From a bacterium (GTDB lineage: Bacteria > Patescibacteriota > Patescibacteriia > JAGPKW01), in assembly GCA_021780535.1 (NCBI GenBank), contig JAJXYN010000012.1, positions 69,688 to 133,687 on the forward strand: DNA of 64,000 nt. Reading direction: 5' to 3'. Positions 9,551 to 19,726 of this stretch are shown here, in pieces; position 1 is the first letter of the stretch; each line of letters opens with the position of its first letter. The notes below the pieces were generated by a model, which was not told where the DNA came from, ran no database searches, and worked only from the letters and a program-made list of their open reading frames with translations. A program made the position numbers and the translations under genes.

Positions 9551-9904
9551 ATGACTCAGGAAATTCAAGAATTGTTAAATAAAATATATAATGATTTTAG
9601 TATTGAAAAATTTGGATTAAAAAAAGAATCTAGAATTTTTTTGGATAAGTTATTGTTGAATAATGAACATTTAAAAAAATTTTTTGAACTTGAATCTGAT
9701 GAATATGTTTTTAAGTTTATTAATATTATTTATTTAGATTTGATCGAAATAAGAAGTAAAATTAATGGAATTAAAAAAGTGGCTAAAAATTCTAGAAAAT
9801 TTGAAATTTTATTTATAAAATATTTTGGTCATAACTTAGAAAACCTAGAACAAGAGAAAAAAGAAAAGTTAAAAGAATTTATAGAAAAAGAATATAATAA
9901 TTAA
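9551..9904 (+). CDS. Hypothetical protein
   Basis: 117-aa ORF, no motif recognised. Confidence 0.6.
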   Translation: MTQEIQELLNKIYNDFSIEKFGLKKESRIFLDKLLLNNEHLKKFFELESDEYVFKFINIIYLDLIEIRSKINGIKKVAKNSRKFEILFIKYFGHNLENLEQEKKEKLKEFIEKEYNN

Positions 9905-9912
9905 TTGATAAT

Positions 9913-10605
9913 ATGAATTTAGAAAATCTTAATCAAAAAAATTTAATTCCAGAAATTAAAAAAGATATTTTAGAAAAAGTAGAAGCAGATTTATCCATAC
10001 TAAAAAATATAAATATTTTTATTGATAATTATGTTAAAGACTTTGAAGATGAGATTGAAAAATCTAGCTTAGAAGAATCTAAAAAGAAAGAATTGCAAGA
10101 TAAATTAAGATCCAATCTATCTGATATTAAAGATCTTTCATCTGAAATTGATGATATTATCGAAATTAAAATAGAGGTAAGAAATGTTGTCTTAAGTATA
10201 GAAGATAAATTTAAAGATTTAATAAGAGAAGAATTACCTGAAAAATGGCAAGAAATAATTTCTCAAGAAGATTTTAATATTGCAAATATTCAAAAAGACA
10301 AAGAAGATTTATTAAGAGCTAAAGAGTTTAGTGCAAATAGAAAAGAAACCATAGAACTTTATGACATATTATTAGCTACAATTCATCAAATAAATACTGA
10401 TAAACATAGTGGAATTAATGAAATAGACGAGAATGATATACAAAAAATTATAAATGATTTTAAACTTGTTAATAGATTAAATAAAATACTTAATGAAAAT
10501 TTGAATGAAAAAGATTTCAAAAAAAGATATATTTTAATGCAAATGTTAAAAAATAGAATTAAAAGTTTAGAATTTCAAGAAATAAAACAAAAATATCAAA
10601 AATAA
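9913..10605 (+). CDS. Hypothetical coiled-coil protein
   Basis: 230-aa E/K/I-rich ORF, 8 nt after the previous stop. Confidence 0.65.
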   Translation: MNLENLNQKNLIPEIKKDILEKVEADLSILKNINIFIDNYVKDFEDEIEKSSLEESKKKELQDKLRSNLSDIKDLSSEIDDIIEIKIEVRNVVLSIEDKFKDLIREELPEKWQEIISQEDFNIANIQKDKEDLLRAKEFSANRKETIELYDILLATIHQINTDKHSGINEIDENDIQKIINDFKLVNRLNKILNENLNEKDFKKRYILMQMLKNRIKSLEFQEIKQKYQK

Positions 10606-10633
10606 AAAAGCGACTCATGTTAGAATCGCTCTT
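10606..10633. terminator. Bidirectional terminator-like hairpin between convergent genes
   Basis: AAAAGCGACTC-ATGTTA-GAATCGCTCTT. Confidence 0.45.
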
Positions 10634-10640
10634 GCGGATG

Positions 10641-10979
10641 TTATCTTTTTCTTTTTTTCCATCCACGAATTGTTGCTATTGCATCGAAATTTTTTTCGTA
10701 ATAAACAAGAAGTTCAAACGCTATATAACTAGCAACTGCATGTTGTTCATATTTTTCAGTTAATTCTTCTAATTTTTTATCTATTTCTTCAAGATTAAAT
10801 TTTTCTGAAAACCAAACTTCTTCATTATAAACTAATTTTGAATCAATTTGACCCTTTTCAATATTATGAATCAATTCAAATTCAATATTAGCTCCAAAAA
10901 TTTCCTTATCAAAAACAATTTTCAAATTTAATGGATCATTTGGATCTTTTATAGTTTGAATAGCGTTTGATTCACTCAT
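10641..10979 (-). CDS. Hypothetical protein
   Basis: 112 aa. GGAGG SD is present and tandemly duplicated (TTTATCCTCCAA x2, 10981-11004). Confidence 0.65.
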   Translation of the reverse strand: MSESNAIQTIKDPNDPLNLKIVFDKEIFGANIEFELIHNIEKGQIDSKLVYNEEVWFSEKFNLEEIDKKLEELTEKYEQHAVASYIAFELLVYYEKNFDAIATIRGWKKRKR

Positions 10980-11093
10980 TTTTATCCTCCAATTTATCCT
11001 CCAATATCATCAATCGATATTTTTGTATTTAACCACATTTTTAACAAAAAAGCAACTAATTTTATATTATAGTTTTATTTACTTATATTTTAT

Positions 11094-11159
11094 TTAATAT
11101 TAGCCAATAAATACCAAAATAAATCAAATACTTAGTGTCGCATTAAACCTCTATTTTTT
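11094..11159. repeat. Direct repeat B, copy 2 (66 bp)
   Basis: Aligns with 6778-6852. Confidence 0.85.
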
Positions 11160-11178
11160 GTTGTTTTTAGAAGTAAAT

Positions 11179-12258
11179 TTATTTGTTAAAACAAGAATTG
11201 CTATTTTGTTTTGTGTCATCAAATATTAAATTAACTCCATCACATTTTTCTCCTCTTAATGTTGAGATTGCTTGATATATAGCATCTTCTGTTTGTTGTC
11301 CTATTAATCTTGAAACCTCATTGTTATTTTTATCTATTAGAATAAATGTTGGTACTCCTATAATTTTGAATTCATTTTTTAGATAAAAATTTTCAGGTTT
11401 TGAAACGTCTATTTTTTTTAAATTTATATTTTTACCATCACATTTTGCAAATACTTGATTTAGAATTGGATCCATTTGTTTACAGATACTACAGTCGCTT
11501 GAATAAAATTCAATTAATGTTGGATAATTATTTTCAGAATTTAATATATAAGATTTTATATTATTTTTTGGACCATTATCTTTATTGAATATATTAAAAT
11601 CAAAAGATGTTGAGAATAGATATATTGATGATATTATCATTAAAATTCCTATTATTATTTCTATTTTTTTAAAATATTTATATATGTATGTTATTTTTGG
11701 TAATAAAATTTCAGAAAAAATTGATACAAGTATAAATGGTGAAAATAAACCAAATCCATATACAAATAAATAGAAAAATCCTAATAATGGACTTATTGAT
11801 TTGCTTAATATGAATGCTAATATACTTCCAAGTATAGGCCCTATACATGGTGACCAACCAGCTCCAAATACAAATCCTAATAAAAAATTATTTAGAATTT
11901 TAAATTTTGTATGAATTTTTGTTTCATTGATTTTTAGAGTTCTTTCAAGAAAAGATATTTTTACAATTCCTAAAAATTTTAAACCAAAAATAAATATTAT
12001 AAAACTACTTAGTATTGAAATGATGCTTTGATATTTATTTAAAAATAAACCAAAAATTGCGAATAAACCGCCAATTAATGCGAATGATGTGATGAATCCA
12101 AAACTGAAAGATAATGATGATTTGATTATATTTGCTTTATTTTTTGTTGATAAATCATTTGATAATATTCCTATATAAATTGGTATCAATGGTAATATGC
12201 AGGGAGTGAAAAATGTTAATGCGCCAGCGAAAAATATTGATATTATGGATAGATCCAT
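11179..12258 (-). CDS. ccdA: CcdA/DsbD-family membrane protein fused to a thioredoxin domain
   Basis: FFTPCILPLIP and GWSPCIGP in a hydrophobic domain. C-terminal FYSSDCSIC...GVPT. Confidence 0.85.
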   Translation of the reverse strand: MDLSIISIFFAGALTFFTPCILPLIPIYIGILSNDLSTKNKANIIKSSLSFSFGFITSFALIGGLFAIFGLFLNKYQSIISILSSFIIFIFGLKFLGIVKISFLERTLKINETKIHTKFKILNNFLLGFVFGAGWSPCIGPILGSILAFILSKSISPLLGFFYLFVYGFGLFSPFILVSIFSEILLPKITYIYKYFKKIEIIIGILMIISSIYLFSTSFDFNIFNKDNGPKNNIKSYILNSENNYPTLIEFYSSDCSICKQMDPILNQVFAKCDGKNINLKKIDVSKPENFYLKNEFKIIGVPTFILIDKNNNEVSRLIGQQTEDAIYQAISTLRGEKCDGVNLIFDDTKQNSNSCFNK

Positions 12259-12401
12259 TTTAACTATTTTTAAATTATTTAATTATATTATTGATTTATT
12301 ATAACATAGGGGGAGGGGGTGTCAAATATATTTTATTTGAGATAGTGATAAAAATAGGCTATTATTTATTTAATAGATTTATTTTATTTTTATAATAAAT
12401 T

Positions 12402-12824
12402 ATGAATAATAAATTTTTAACGTATTCTATATCTGTATCAATCTTATTGGTTTCAATTTCTATTAGTTTTTATTTATTTAAAGTCTTGCCAGATGTTAAT
12501 AAACAAAAATTAAATCTTGAAATACAACAAAATATTGAAGCAATAAAAACAAAATGTACAGAATTAGGGAAAGAACAATATGCCCAAGAATTAAAGATAT
12601 CTAATAATAAAACATCTTTTGGTACTCCTGTATATTTTTATAATGAGAAACTTAGTCAATGTTTATATGAAAATGTATTTATTGCAGAAAATTATACTTC
12701 TAATTATGTAGTTGATCTTTATACAAATAAACCTATTCTTGAAAGTGATTATTCAAATTCAAAACTTCAGTATGGATTAACAAAAGATGAGTTTAATAAA
12801 AAAGCATATGAATTAATGAATTAG
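12402..12824 (+). CDS. Hypothetical membrane-anchored protein
   Basis: N-terminal TM helix, two Cys. Confidence 0.65.
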   Translation: MNNKFLTYSISVSILLVSISISFYLFKVLPDVNKQKLNLEIQQNIEAIKTKCTELGKEQYAQELKISNNKTSFGTPVYFYNEKLSQCLYENVFIAENYTSNYVVDLYTNKPILESDYSNSKLQYGLTKDEFNKKAYELMN

Positions 12825-12890
12825 GTGTTTGGTTGATTGGTTTTTATAATAAAATCAAGTTAATGAATAATATAAAATAATATTTTAGTT

Positions 12891-13397
12891 ATGAATGATA
12901 CGGAGATGATAAAATTTAACCATGAAATTTTTGTTTGTGTGAATTTTTTGCATATTTATAATAAAAGTATACATTTTTTGAAACATGGCGACCCTTTAAT
13001 ACGAGAACCTGATTGTATTTGCGATAGAAATACTGCTATAGAAATTGTTGGTATTTATGATAGTGATAAACAGGCAGAAAAACTTTGGAATAATGATCTT
13101 GATATTAAAACTGAAAATATTTTTAGTTTTGATTTGCTTGCTTTTGAAAATTTGAATAAAAATATTTCAAAAAAACTTTTTAAATTAAATAAAGGTTTGT
13201 ATAAAGGATTTAATGGGAGAGTGATGTTAGTTTGTGATATTTTAAGCCCGCTTGTTACGGATAAGGATATTGATATTTTTGTGAAATCATACATTCCATT
13301 TAATGGTAATAGTGATTATGAAAAATATTTTTATGAAATTTGGATTTTATGGAAATCTAATGTTGCTGGTTGTTTTAGGATTAAAAAATTGGAATAA
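12891..13397 (+). CDS. Hypothetical protein, possible PD-(D/E)xK nuclease fold
   Basis: REPDCICDRNTAIEIV resembles PD...hE. Confidence 0.45.
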   Translation: MNDTEMIKFNHEIFVCVNFLHIYNKSIHFLKHGDPLIREPDCICDRNTAIEIVGIYDSDKQAEKLWNNDLDIKTENIFSFDLLAFENLNKNISKKLFKLNKGLYKGFNGRVMLVCDILSPLVTDKDIDIFVKSYIPFNGNSDYEKYFYEIWILWKSNVAGCFRIKKLE

Positions 13398-13490
13398 TTT
13401 ATTAATGAACTGCCGTGTTGATTAAATATTGTAAAAATATTAAAAATATGGTTTTATATAGATATCTTGTGTTATATAGGAGGTGGCGAT

Positions 13491-13769
13491 ATGTTGGAAG
13501 AAGTTGTTGCTCAAAAAGATGAAGAAATTAACCCAACAGAAAGATTGGATAAAATTATAGAAAAAGTTGACTTTACTAGGTTTGTATTACTTTCTGCTTC
13601 TTTGAAAATGACCACTAATGGTAATTTATCACAATTTCTTCAAGATATTGATCAGCAAGAAGATAGACAAATACTAATTCTTGCTAGAATATTTCAAACA
13701 AAAATAACAAGTAAGAGGGAACTTGTTAGGTTTAAAAACAAAATCAGAGAATTTAGCTTTTTTTTGTGA
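13491..13769 (+). CDS. Hypothetical protein
   Basis: GGAGG precedes the ATG at 13491 (preferred over the TTG at 13467). Terminator-like AAGGCCTTGG...CCAAGGCTTTTTT follows. Confidence 0.6.
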   Translation: MLEEVVAQKDEEINPTERLDKIIEKVDFTRFVLLSASLKMTTNGNLSQFLQDIDQQEDRQILILARIFQTKITSKRELVRFKNKIREFSFFL

Positions 13770-13877
13770 TTGCTAATAAGGCCTTGGAAAATACAACCAA
13801 GGCTTTTTTAATAAATAAAATAGGGGATAATACATTGTTTATCCCCATGTGACCAATAGGCTTGAGATCTAGAAGTG

Positions 13878-14135
13878 CTAAGAAATTCTTCTAGCTCTTT
13901 TTTGCCCCGGTCCAACTTTCTCTACACACCATACTTCTATGGATTTGTGTTTTTCGCACAATCGTTCTGCGTAATTGGCAGATGATTGTGAAAAACTTCC
14001 TCTTGTTTCAAATTGTTTTTCAAATTCTTCCTTGATTTGCCTTCTTCGCATCTCGCTATTCATAATCATTTCCATTTTTTGTCTTGAAATTTGTTTTTTT
14101 TGTTGAGATTCAGGCGTTGTTGTAGAGTTTGTCAT
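13878..14135 (-). CDS. Hypothetical protein (85 aa)
   Basis: GGGAGG SD and an upstream TTGACA-type promoter on the minus strand. Confidence 0.6.
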   Translation of the reverse strand: MTNSTTTPESQQKKQISRQKMEMIMNSEMRRRQIKEEFEKQFETRGSFSQSSANYAERLCEKHKSIEVWCVEKVGPGQKRARRIS

Positions 14136-14195
14136 TAAATTCCTCCCGTTGTTTAAATATATAACTTTGTGTCTGTTTTGTCAAAGCTAGTAACA

Positions 14196-15413
14196 TTATT
14201 CGGCAGTTTCTTTTTTTATTTTTTTTCTTATTGCGAAAAATATTATTATAATGATTTCAAATATTTGTATAAACATTGCTAGTGTGTAGCTTATTACTTT
14301 CAGTAAATTTATACTTTTACCAGAAAGTGCTGTAGCAATTAAATAGTTAAATGAATCCTCTATTACTTTTATCTTTATTGGGATATCAAATGTTATATAT
14401 CTTCCTATTATTACTATTAATCCAAGAAATACAAATAACCCGAATATTAAAAGCAATAAATCTTTTTTTTGTTTTTTGTTTTTTACTATATTCAAGTAAT
14501 ATTTTTTTGATTCTTCCATTAGATTTTCTCTATCTAATAAATCTGCAAAAAATAAATAAATATCCGTTTTTATAAATATAAGAAATTGCCATATTATTCC
14601 TAAAAACTCTATAAGAATAAAGGACTTTAGTAATAAATATAGCATATTTGAGATATGTATTATGCTAGTATTATTTAGAAATATTATTAATAAATATATC
14701 CCTAAAAAAAATAAATCAGAAAATATTCCGCTTAAATAAAGTCTGTATCTGTTTTTTTCTTTTATTGTGTATGCATTTTCAAAAATTGTTTCAGCAACAA
14801 TATAATTTGCTCTGGAGCTTATTCCAAATGATGTTACTATGTTTCTACTTCTTGCTGCTAAGAAATGGAAAAACTCATGTCTAAATGTTGATAGCCAAGA
14901 GTATGTGAATGATACTAATAAGCATAATAAATAATTTGAATTGAAAAAAAAGTCTTCATATTTTGGTAAATAGTTTAGATTTGTAATTGTTATGATAAAA
15001 GAAAATGCTATAAGTAGTATTAATAATGTTTTTACTGGTATAGAAAAAAATAATTTAGCAAAATTTTGTTTTATAAAAGGTAAATCGTTTTTTAATTTTA
15101 TATGTTCATTTTTAAATTTTTTTGATCCTATTTTTTTTATAATTTTTATTTCTAAAAAATTATTAATTCTTGTTTGTATCTCTTTTTTCGTATAATATTT
15201 TGTGTTTTTTAATATATTTTCTATTGAGTGGTGTTTTTGTAATAGTTTTATTATATGCTCTGAATCGTGATCTATGAGAATAGCGTTACCGTTTATTGTA
15301 ATAAAAAAATCTCCATCTTTTTCGCCCGTAGTTTTAAAATTGAAAAAATATATCTTGTCTGTAGCTTTTATTTTCATGATTATTATTTTATCATTTTTAA
15401 TTAAAACTGTCAT
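14196..15413 (-). CDS. M50 (site-2 protease)-like membrane zinc metalloprotease
   Basis: RHEFFHFLAA within a TM segment, then LSGIFSD and KTDIY, resembling the YydH-like subgroup. Confidence 0.7.
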   Translation of the reverse strand: MTVLIKNDKIIIMKIKATDKIYFFNFKTTGEKDGDFFITINGNAILIDHDSEHIIKLLQKHHSIENILKNTKYYTKKEIQTRINNFLEIKIIKKIGSKKFKNEHIKLKNDLPFIKQNFAKLFFSIPVKTLLILLIAFSFIITITNLNYLPKYEDFFFNSNYLLCLLVSFTYSWLSTFRHEFFHFLAARSRNIVTSFGISSRANYIVAETIFENAYTIKEKNRYRLYLSGIFSDLFFLGIYLLIIFLNNTSIIHISNMLYLLLKSFILIEFLGIIWQFLIFIKTDIYLFFADLLDRENLMEESKKYYLNIVKNKKQKKDLLLLIFGLFVFLGLIVIIGRYITFDIPIKIKVIEDSFNYLIATALSGKSINLLKVISYTLAMFIQIFEIIIIIFFAIRKKIKKETAE

Positions 15414-15576
15414 ATGAATTGTAAAAATTATGTTGATAAAATATCTAAAGAAAAATAACTGTGGATTACTTTTATAAATAGCTTATATTGGATAAAAATA
15501 TATTATGTGGAACGTATTGAACAGATGATTTATGAATGATATAATATTACACATAATCAGTTTAAATTAATTTAAA

Positions 15577-15717
15577 ATGGCTACTACAAAAAAGGCTGCA
15601 ACAAAAAAAGTTGTCGCAAAGAAACCGGTTGCAACAAAAAAAGTTGTTGCAAAAAAAACAGTTGCAAAAAAGGCTCCTGTTAAAAAAGCAAAATCTACAA
15701 GACAAGCTAATGGTTAA
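15577..15717 (+). CDS. Lys/Ala/Val-rich histone-H1-like peptide (46 aa)
   Basis: Read manually: MATTKKAATKKVVAKKPVATKKVVAKKTVAKKAPVKKAKSTRQANG. TATAAT upstream and a terminator directly after (AAAAGAAAGACG-TTT-CGTCTTTCTTTT). Confidence 0.75.
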   Translation: MATTKKAATKKVVAKKPVATKKVVAKKTVAKKAPVKKAKSTRQANG

Positions 15718-15796
15718 AAGAAAGACGTTTCGTCTTTCTTTTTTTATACTATTGATATATCATAATACTGATTAAAATCGAATCAAGGAGGGCACT

Positions 15797-17707
15797 ATGT
15801 TTTTTAATAGAAAAGACGCTGTTAAGAGCAATCTTTATGATAGAATTATAGAAAAACAACTTCAGATTTATTTTTTCTTTGAAAACGAAGAAAAGAAACT
15901 GGGAATTTTTAAAAAATTTGTTTTGAATAATAAATATTTATTTATTATTTTTTTGCAAAAAAGTAATAGTAAAAAAATTAAATTAAAAAATGAACTCAAT
16001 ACTATTATCAAAAATGAATTAAATGTTGTTATTAATGATTTGCATAGTTATCAAAGTGAACTTGAACTTATAAAGAAAATTGCTATAGATTTTTTCCTTT
16101 TTGATAATAATGATATTGATGTATATCTTGATATTTATATTGCCAGAGAGATATTCTTAAAACTTCATGAGTATTATTATAATTATAATAATAGAACTAA
16201 GTATTTGGAAGTAAACTATTGGTTAATAAGGATATCTTATGCAGTTTCTGATCAACTAAAAGGGTTAGAATATTATTCAAATGCTGATTATTATTTGAAA
16301 TCTTCAGACGGAAGTGATCTTCTAGAAGAAGAAATTTATTTTATTATTAGAACCGTTGTTAATAAGACAAATATTCTTTCTCTCAGTGATGATGGTAAAC
16401 GTAAGTTAATGACTGAGTTTAAAAATCTTTTGGATATTTTTGAACGTTATGATTATTTAACTTCTGGCGAACTTGTTAACCGTGAGTTTTTAAACAGAAT
16501 TAAGTCTATATTGTTTTCAAATATTGCTGATTCTGGTTTAAGTCTTGCTAGGGTTGGAAAATTGGATGATAAAAATGTTGAATTAGTTTTGATGTTTGCT
16601 ACAAATGCTAAAAGATTTAGAAATCTTATGTCTAATAGTGATTCTATTTCTACAGCTGATATAGCACTTTCCGAAGCTATGTTTTATAATGGTAAGTATA
16701 AAACTAGAGAGGAATACACAGAAATTCTTAGGGATTTTATAAATAAACTTGAATCGGATCATAAAGTTTCTGATAATACAAAAGAAGAATTAATTGTTTC
16801 TATTGAAGAATTACTTTTAATTGAATGTCTTAGTAATAACGAGAACTCAAAGAAAAAGAAAAGAGAATTTTCTAAAAAATCTTTTGAACGAATATTTGGA
16901 TATATTTCATCTGCTAAAATGTCTTTTGATGGAATGTTTTTCTTTAATTATGTTAAGATTTATGTTGAGATGGTTAAAGATTTCCTTGATGAGTTTGAAA
17001 TAAGAGATGACATAATGGACATTATATTTACTTGTGACAAAAGAACGTATCTTCATATTTTGGAAGTTGAATTTATAAGCAAACCAATAATTGAAGAATA
17101 TATTGATGTTAACCCAGAATCTTTTATTGGTGTCTTTGATTTTTGTAATAATGTTGAAGATGTATATAGAAATAGAAAAGTTATTGTTGATAAGATTTTG
17201 CTGGCAGTTTCTTTGCATGATACTGGCAAAATTGCTATTTCTCAAATAGTTTCAAAGTCTATAACATTAACTGATTATGAGTTTGGAACTATAAAAACAC
17301 ATGCTAAATTGGGTTATGATTTAAATATTTCGTTTTCTAAATTATCTGCTGTTGTTGCTTTGTGTCACCATAAACCTTATGATCTTACTTTAAAAGGAAG
17401 GGATGCTGGGTATCCCGAATTTATCCCGGAGGAGCTTAAGAAGTATTTAATTGTTTCTCAAATTTGTTCATTAGCTGATTCTATATCAGCTGCTACGAGT
17501 GATGTATTGAGGGATTATAGCAACCCTAAGACTTTACCTCAAATAATTGATGATATTAGAATGAAGTCTGGCACTATTTATAATCCTAAGATTGTTACTT
17601 GTTTTGATAATCCAAAAGTCGTTGCCAAGATACAGAATATTATTACTAGAGTTAGAACTGATAAAATATGGAAGGTTCTTGCTAAAAATGAAAAAATTAA
17701 TTTCTAA
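15797..17707 (+). CDS. Protein with C-terminal HD-GYP-type phosphodiesterase domain
   Basis: LHDTGK...HAKLG...HHK...GYP...LADS. SD GGAGG. Terminator-like AGCTCGC..GCGAGCTTTTTT at ~17725-17751. Confidence 0.8.
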   Translation: MFFNRKDAVKSNLYDRIIEKQLQIYFFFENEEKKLGIFKKFVLNNKYLFIIFLQKSNSKKIKLKNELNTIIKNELNVVINDLHSYQSELELIKKIAIDFFLFDNNDIDVYLDIYIAREIFLKLHEYYYNYNNRTKYLEVNYWLIRISYAVSDQLKGLEYYSNADYYLKSSDGSDLLEEEIYFIIRTVVNKTNILSLSDDGKRKLMTEFKNLLDIFERYDYLTSGELVNREFLNRIKSILFSNIADSGLSLARVGKLDDKNVELVLMFATNAKRFRNLMSNSDSISTADIALSEAMFYNGKYKTREEYTEILRDFINKLESDHKVSDNTKEELIVSIEELLLIECLSNNENSKKKKREFSKKSFERIFGYISSAKMSFDGMFFFNYVKIYVEMVKDFLDEFEIRDDIMDIIFTCDKRTYLHILEVEFISKPIIEEYIDVNPESFIGVFDFCNNVEDVYRNRKVIVDKILLAVSLHDTGKIAISQIVSKSITLTDYEFGTIKTHAKLGYDLNISFSKLSAVVALCHHKPYDLTLKGRDAGYPEFIPEELKKYLIVSQICSLADSISAATSDVLRDYSNPKTLPQIIDDIRMKSGTIYNPKIVTCFDNPKVVAKIQNIITRVRTDKIWKVLAKNEKINF

Positions 17708-17849
17708 TTAATTTTTTGGTTTATAGCTCGCTGAAATATGCGAGCTTTTTTAATTTAATTATTAAATATAAGATTATTAATTAACAATAGACAATAAACT
17801 TTATAGATATTATACTTTAAAGATTATTAATTTGAATAAGTAAAAGAAA

Positions 17850-19016
17850 ATGAATATAGGTATTTTTACTGAAGCTTATTTCCCACAAATAAGTGGAGTA
17901 GCAACTTTGGTTGACGTTTTAGATAAAGAGCTTACTAAACTCGGTCATAACGTTTATATTTTTACAAATTACTATCCTGATACTATTGATGAAAATAAAA
18001 ATGTGTTTAGGCTTCCTAGTATTCCTTTTGTTTTTGATAAAGCTTGTCGTGTTGGTTCTTTCTATTCTCATAAGATAATGAAAGAGATTAAAAAAATAAA
18101 ACTTGATGTTATTCACACTCATACTGAGTTTTCTATGGGGTTGTTTGGCAGGATAGTTGCAAAAAAACTTAAAATTCCAATAGTACATACTTATCATACG
18201 ATGTATGGTGATTGGATAGATAGTTCTATAGGTAAAAATCCTGTTGGATTTGTTGCCTCAAATATAATATCTGACATTAGTAAGAAACATTGCAATTTTT
18301 GTTATAAGATTATTGCCCCAAGTGGAAAAATAAAAGAAGTATTAGAAGGTTATGGAATTAAAAAACCAATAGAAATAATTTCTAATGGAGTTAATTTAGA
18401 ACCTTTTATAAAAGCAAATGAAGAATACGATTTAGAAAAAATAAAAAAACTAAAAGAAGAATTGAATATAAATATTAATGATAAGATTTTATTAAATTTA
18501 GGAAGACAATCTAAAGAAAAAAGCGTGGATGTTATTGTAAGATCTTTACCAGAACTAATAAAAATTAGAAAAGATGTTAAATTTGTTGTGATTGGTGATG
18601 GTCCAGGAAAACAAGATTTAGAAAAATTAGTAAAAGATCTAAATTTAGAAAAGTATGTGATATTTCTAGGAAAAAGACCGAGACAAGATATAGAGAAATT
18701 TTATAAAATAGCAGATTTATTTATAACAGCTTCATTGTTTGAAGTTCAGCCAGTTACCGTTATAGAAGCGATGGCTGCTAAATTGCCGGTAATGGTTAAA
18801 AAAGATAAGGCTTTTGAGGGTGTGATTGAAAAGGATGTTACTGGATTTGTTTTTGAAAAAGATGAAGAATTGCCTTTGATATTGAACCAAATATTGGATA
18901 ATAAACTTTTATTAAATACTATTTCTAATAATGCTTTTGAAAAAATAGGTAATTTTTCTTCTATTAATTTTACAAAAAATGTTGAGAGAGTTTATTTTGA
19001 GGCAATAAAAAAATAA
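17850..19016 (+). CDS. Glycosyltransferase family 4 (diacylglycerol glucosyltransferase-like)
   Basis: MNIGIFTEAYFPQISGV, HTYHTMY, EVQPVTVIEAMA. Confidence 0.9.
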   Translation: MNIGIFTEAYFPQISGVATLVDVLDKELTKLGHNVYIFTNYYPDTIDENKNVFRLPSIPFVFDKACRVGSFYSHKIMKEIKKIKLDVIHTHTEFSMGLFGRIVAKKLKIPIVHTYHTMYGDWIDSSIGKNPVGFVASNIISDISKKHCNFCYKIIAPSGKIKEVLEGYGIKKPIEIISNGVNLEPFIKANEEYDLEKIKKLKEELNININDKILLNLGRQSKEKSVDVIVRSLPELIKIRKDVKFVVIGDGPGKQDLEKLVKDLNLEKYVIFLGKRPRQDIEKFYKIADLFITASLFEVQPVTVIEAMAAKLPVMVKKDKAFEGVIEKDVTGFVFEKDEELPLILNQILDNKLLLNTISNNAFEKIGNFSSINFTKNVERVYFEAIKK

Positions 19017-19092
19017 TATTTTTTAATGCTTCTTCTTTTAAAATTAACAATTAAATATTATAATACTTAAATAACAAATTAATTAAAAAATT

Positions 19093-19710
19093 ATGAACAA
19101 GAAATTATTATTACTTTCTTTGATTATTCCGGTTATATTTATGGCTGGATGTACTAATAGTAATAATACAAATAATTCTAATAATAAAATAACTAACGAG
19201 AAGATGATACAACAACAAGATGTTAAAAATTCTATGGTTACTATAAATACAAATATGGGTGCTATTGGTCTTGAATTATATGCAAAAGATGCTCCAAATA
19301 CCGTTGCTAATTTTATAAAACTTGCGAAATCTGGTTTTTATGATGGTGTTAAATTTCATAGAGTTATTGAAGGTTTTATGATACAAGGTGGCGATCCTTT
19401 GACAAAAGATAATTCTAAAAAATCTTCTTGGGGTACTGGTGGTCCTGGATATAAGTTTAATGATGAAATTAATTCACACTTATTATTAAAGGGTGCTTTA
19501 GCTATGGCAAATTCTGGTGCTAATACTAACGGTAGTCAATTTTTTATAGTTACAGCTGATTCTACTCCTTGGCTTGATGGTAAACATACTGTTTTTGGTA
19601 ATGTTACAAGCGGAATGGATGTTGTTATGAATATTGAAAAAGTAAAAACAGATAGTAACGACAGGCCATTGTCAGATGTGACAATAAATAGTATAAAGAT
19701 AAATGAATAA
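19093..19710 (+). CDS. Cyclophilin-type peptidyl-prolyl isomerase with lipoprotein signal
   Basis: [33 protein letters not shown]. Lipobox MAGC. Confidence 0.95.
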   Translation: MNKKLLLLSLIIPVIFMAGCTNSNNTNNSNNKITNEKMIQQQDVKNSMVTINTNMGAIGLELYAKDAPNTVANFIKLAKSGFYDGVKFHRVIEGFMIQGGDPLTKDNSKKSSWGTGGPGYKFNDEINSHLLLKGALAMANSGANTNGSQFFIVTADSTPWLDGKHTVFGNVTSGMDVVMNIEKVKTDSNDRPLSDVTINSIKINE

Positions 19711-19726
19711 ATTTTAAATTAAAAAT

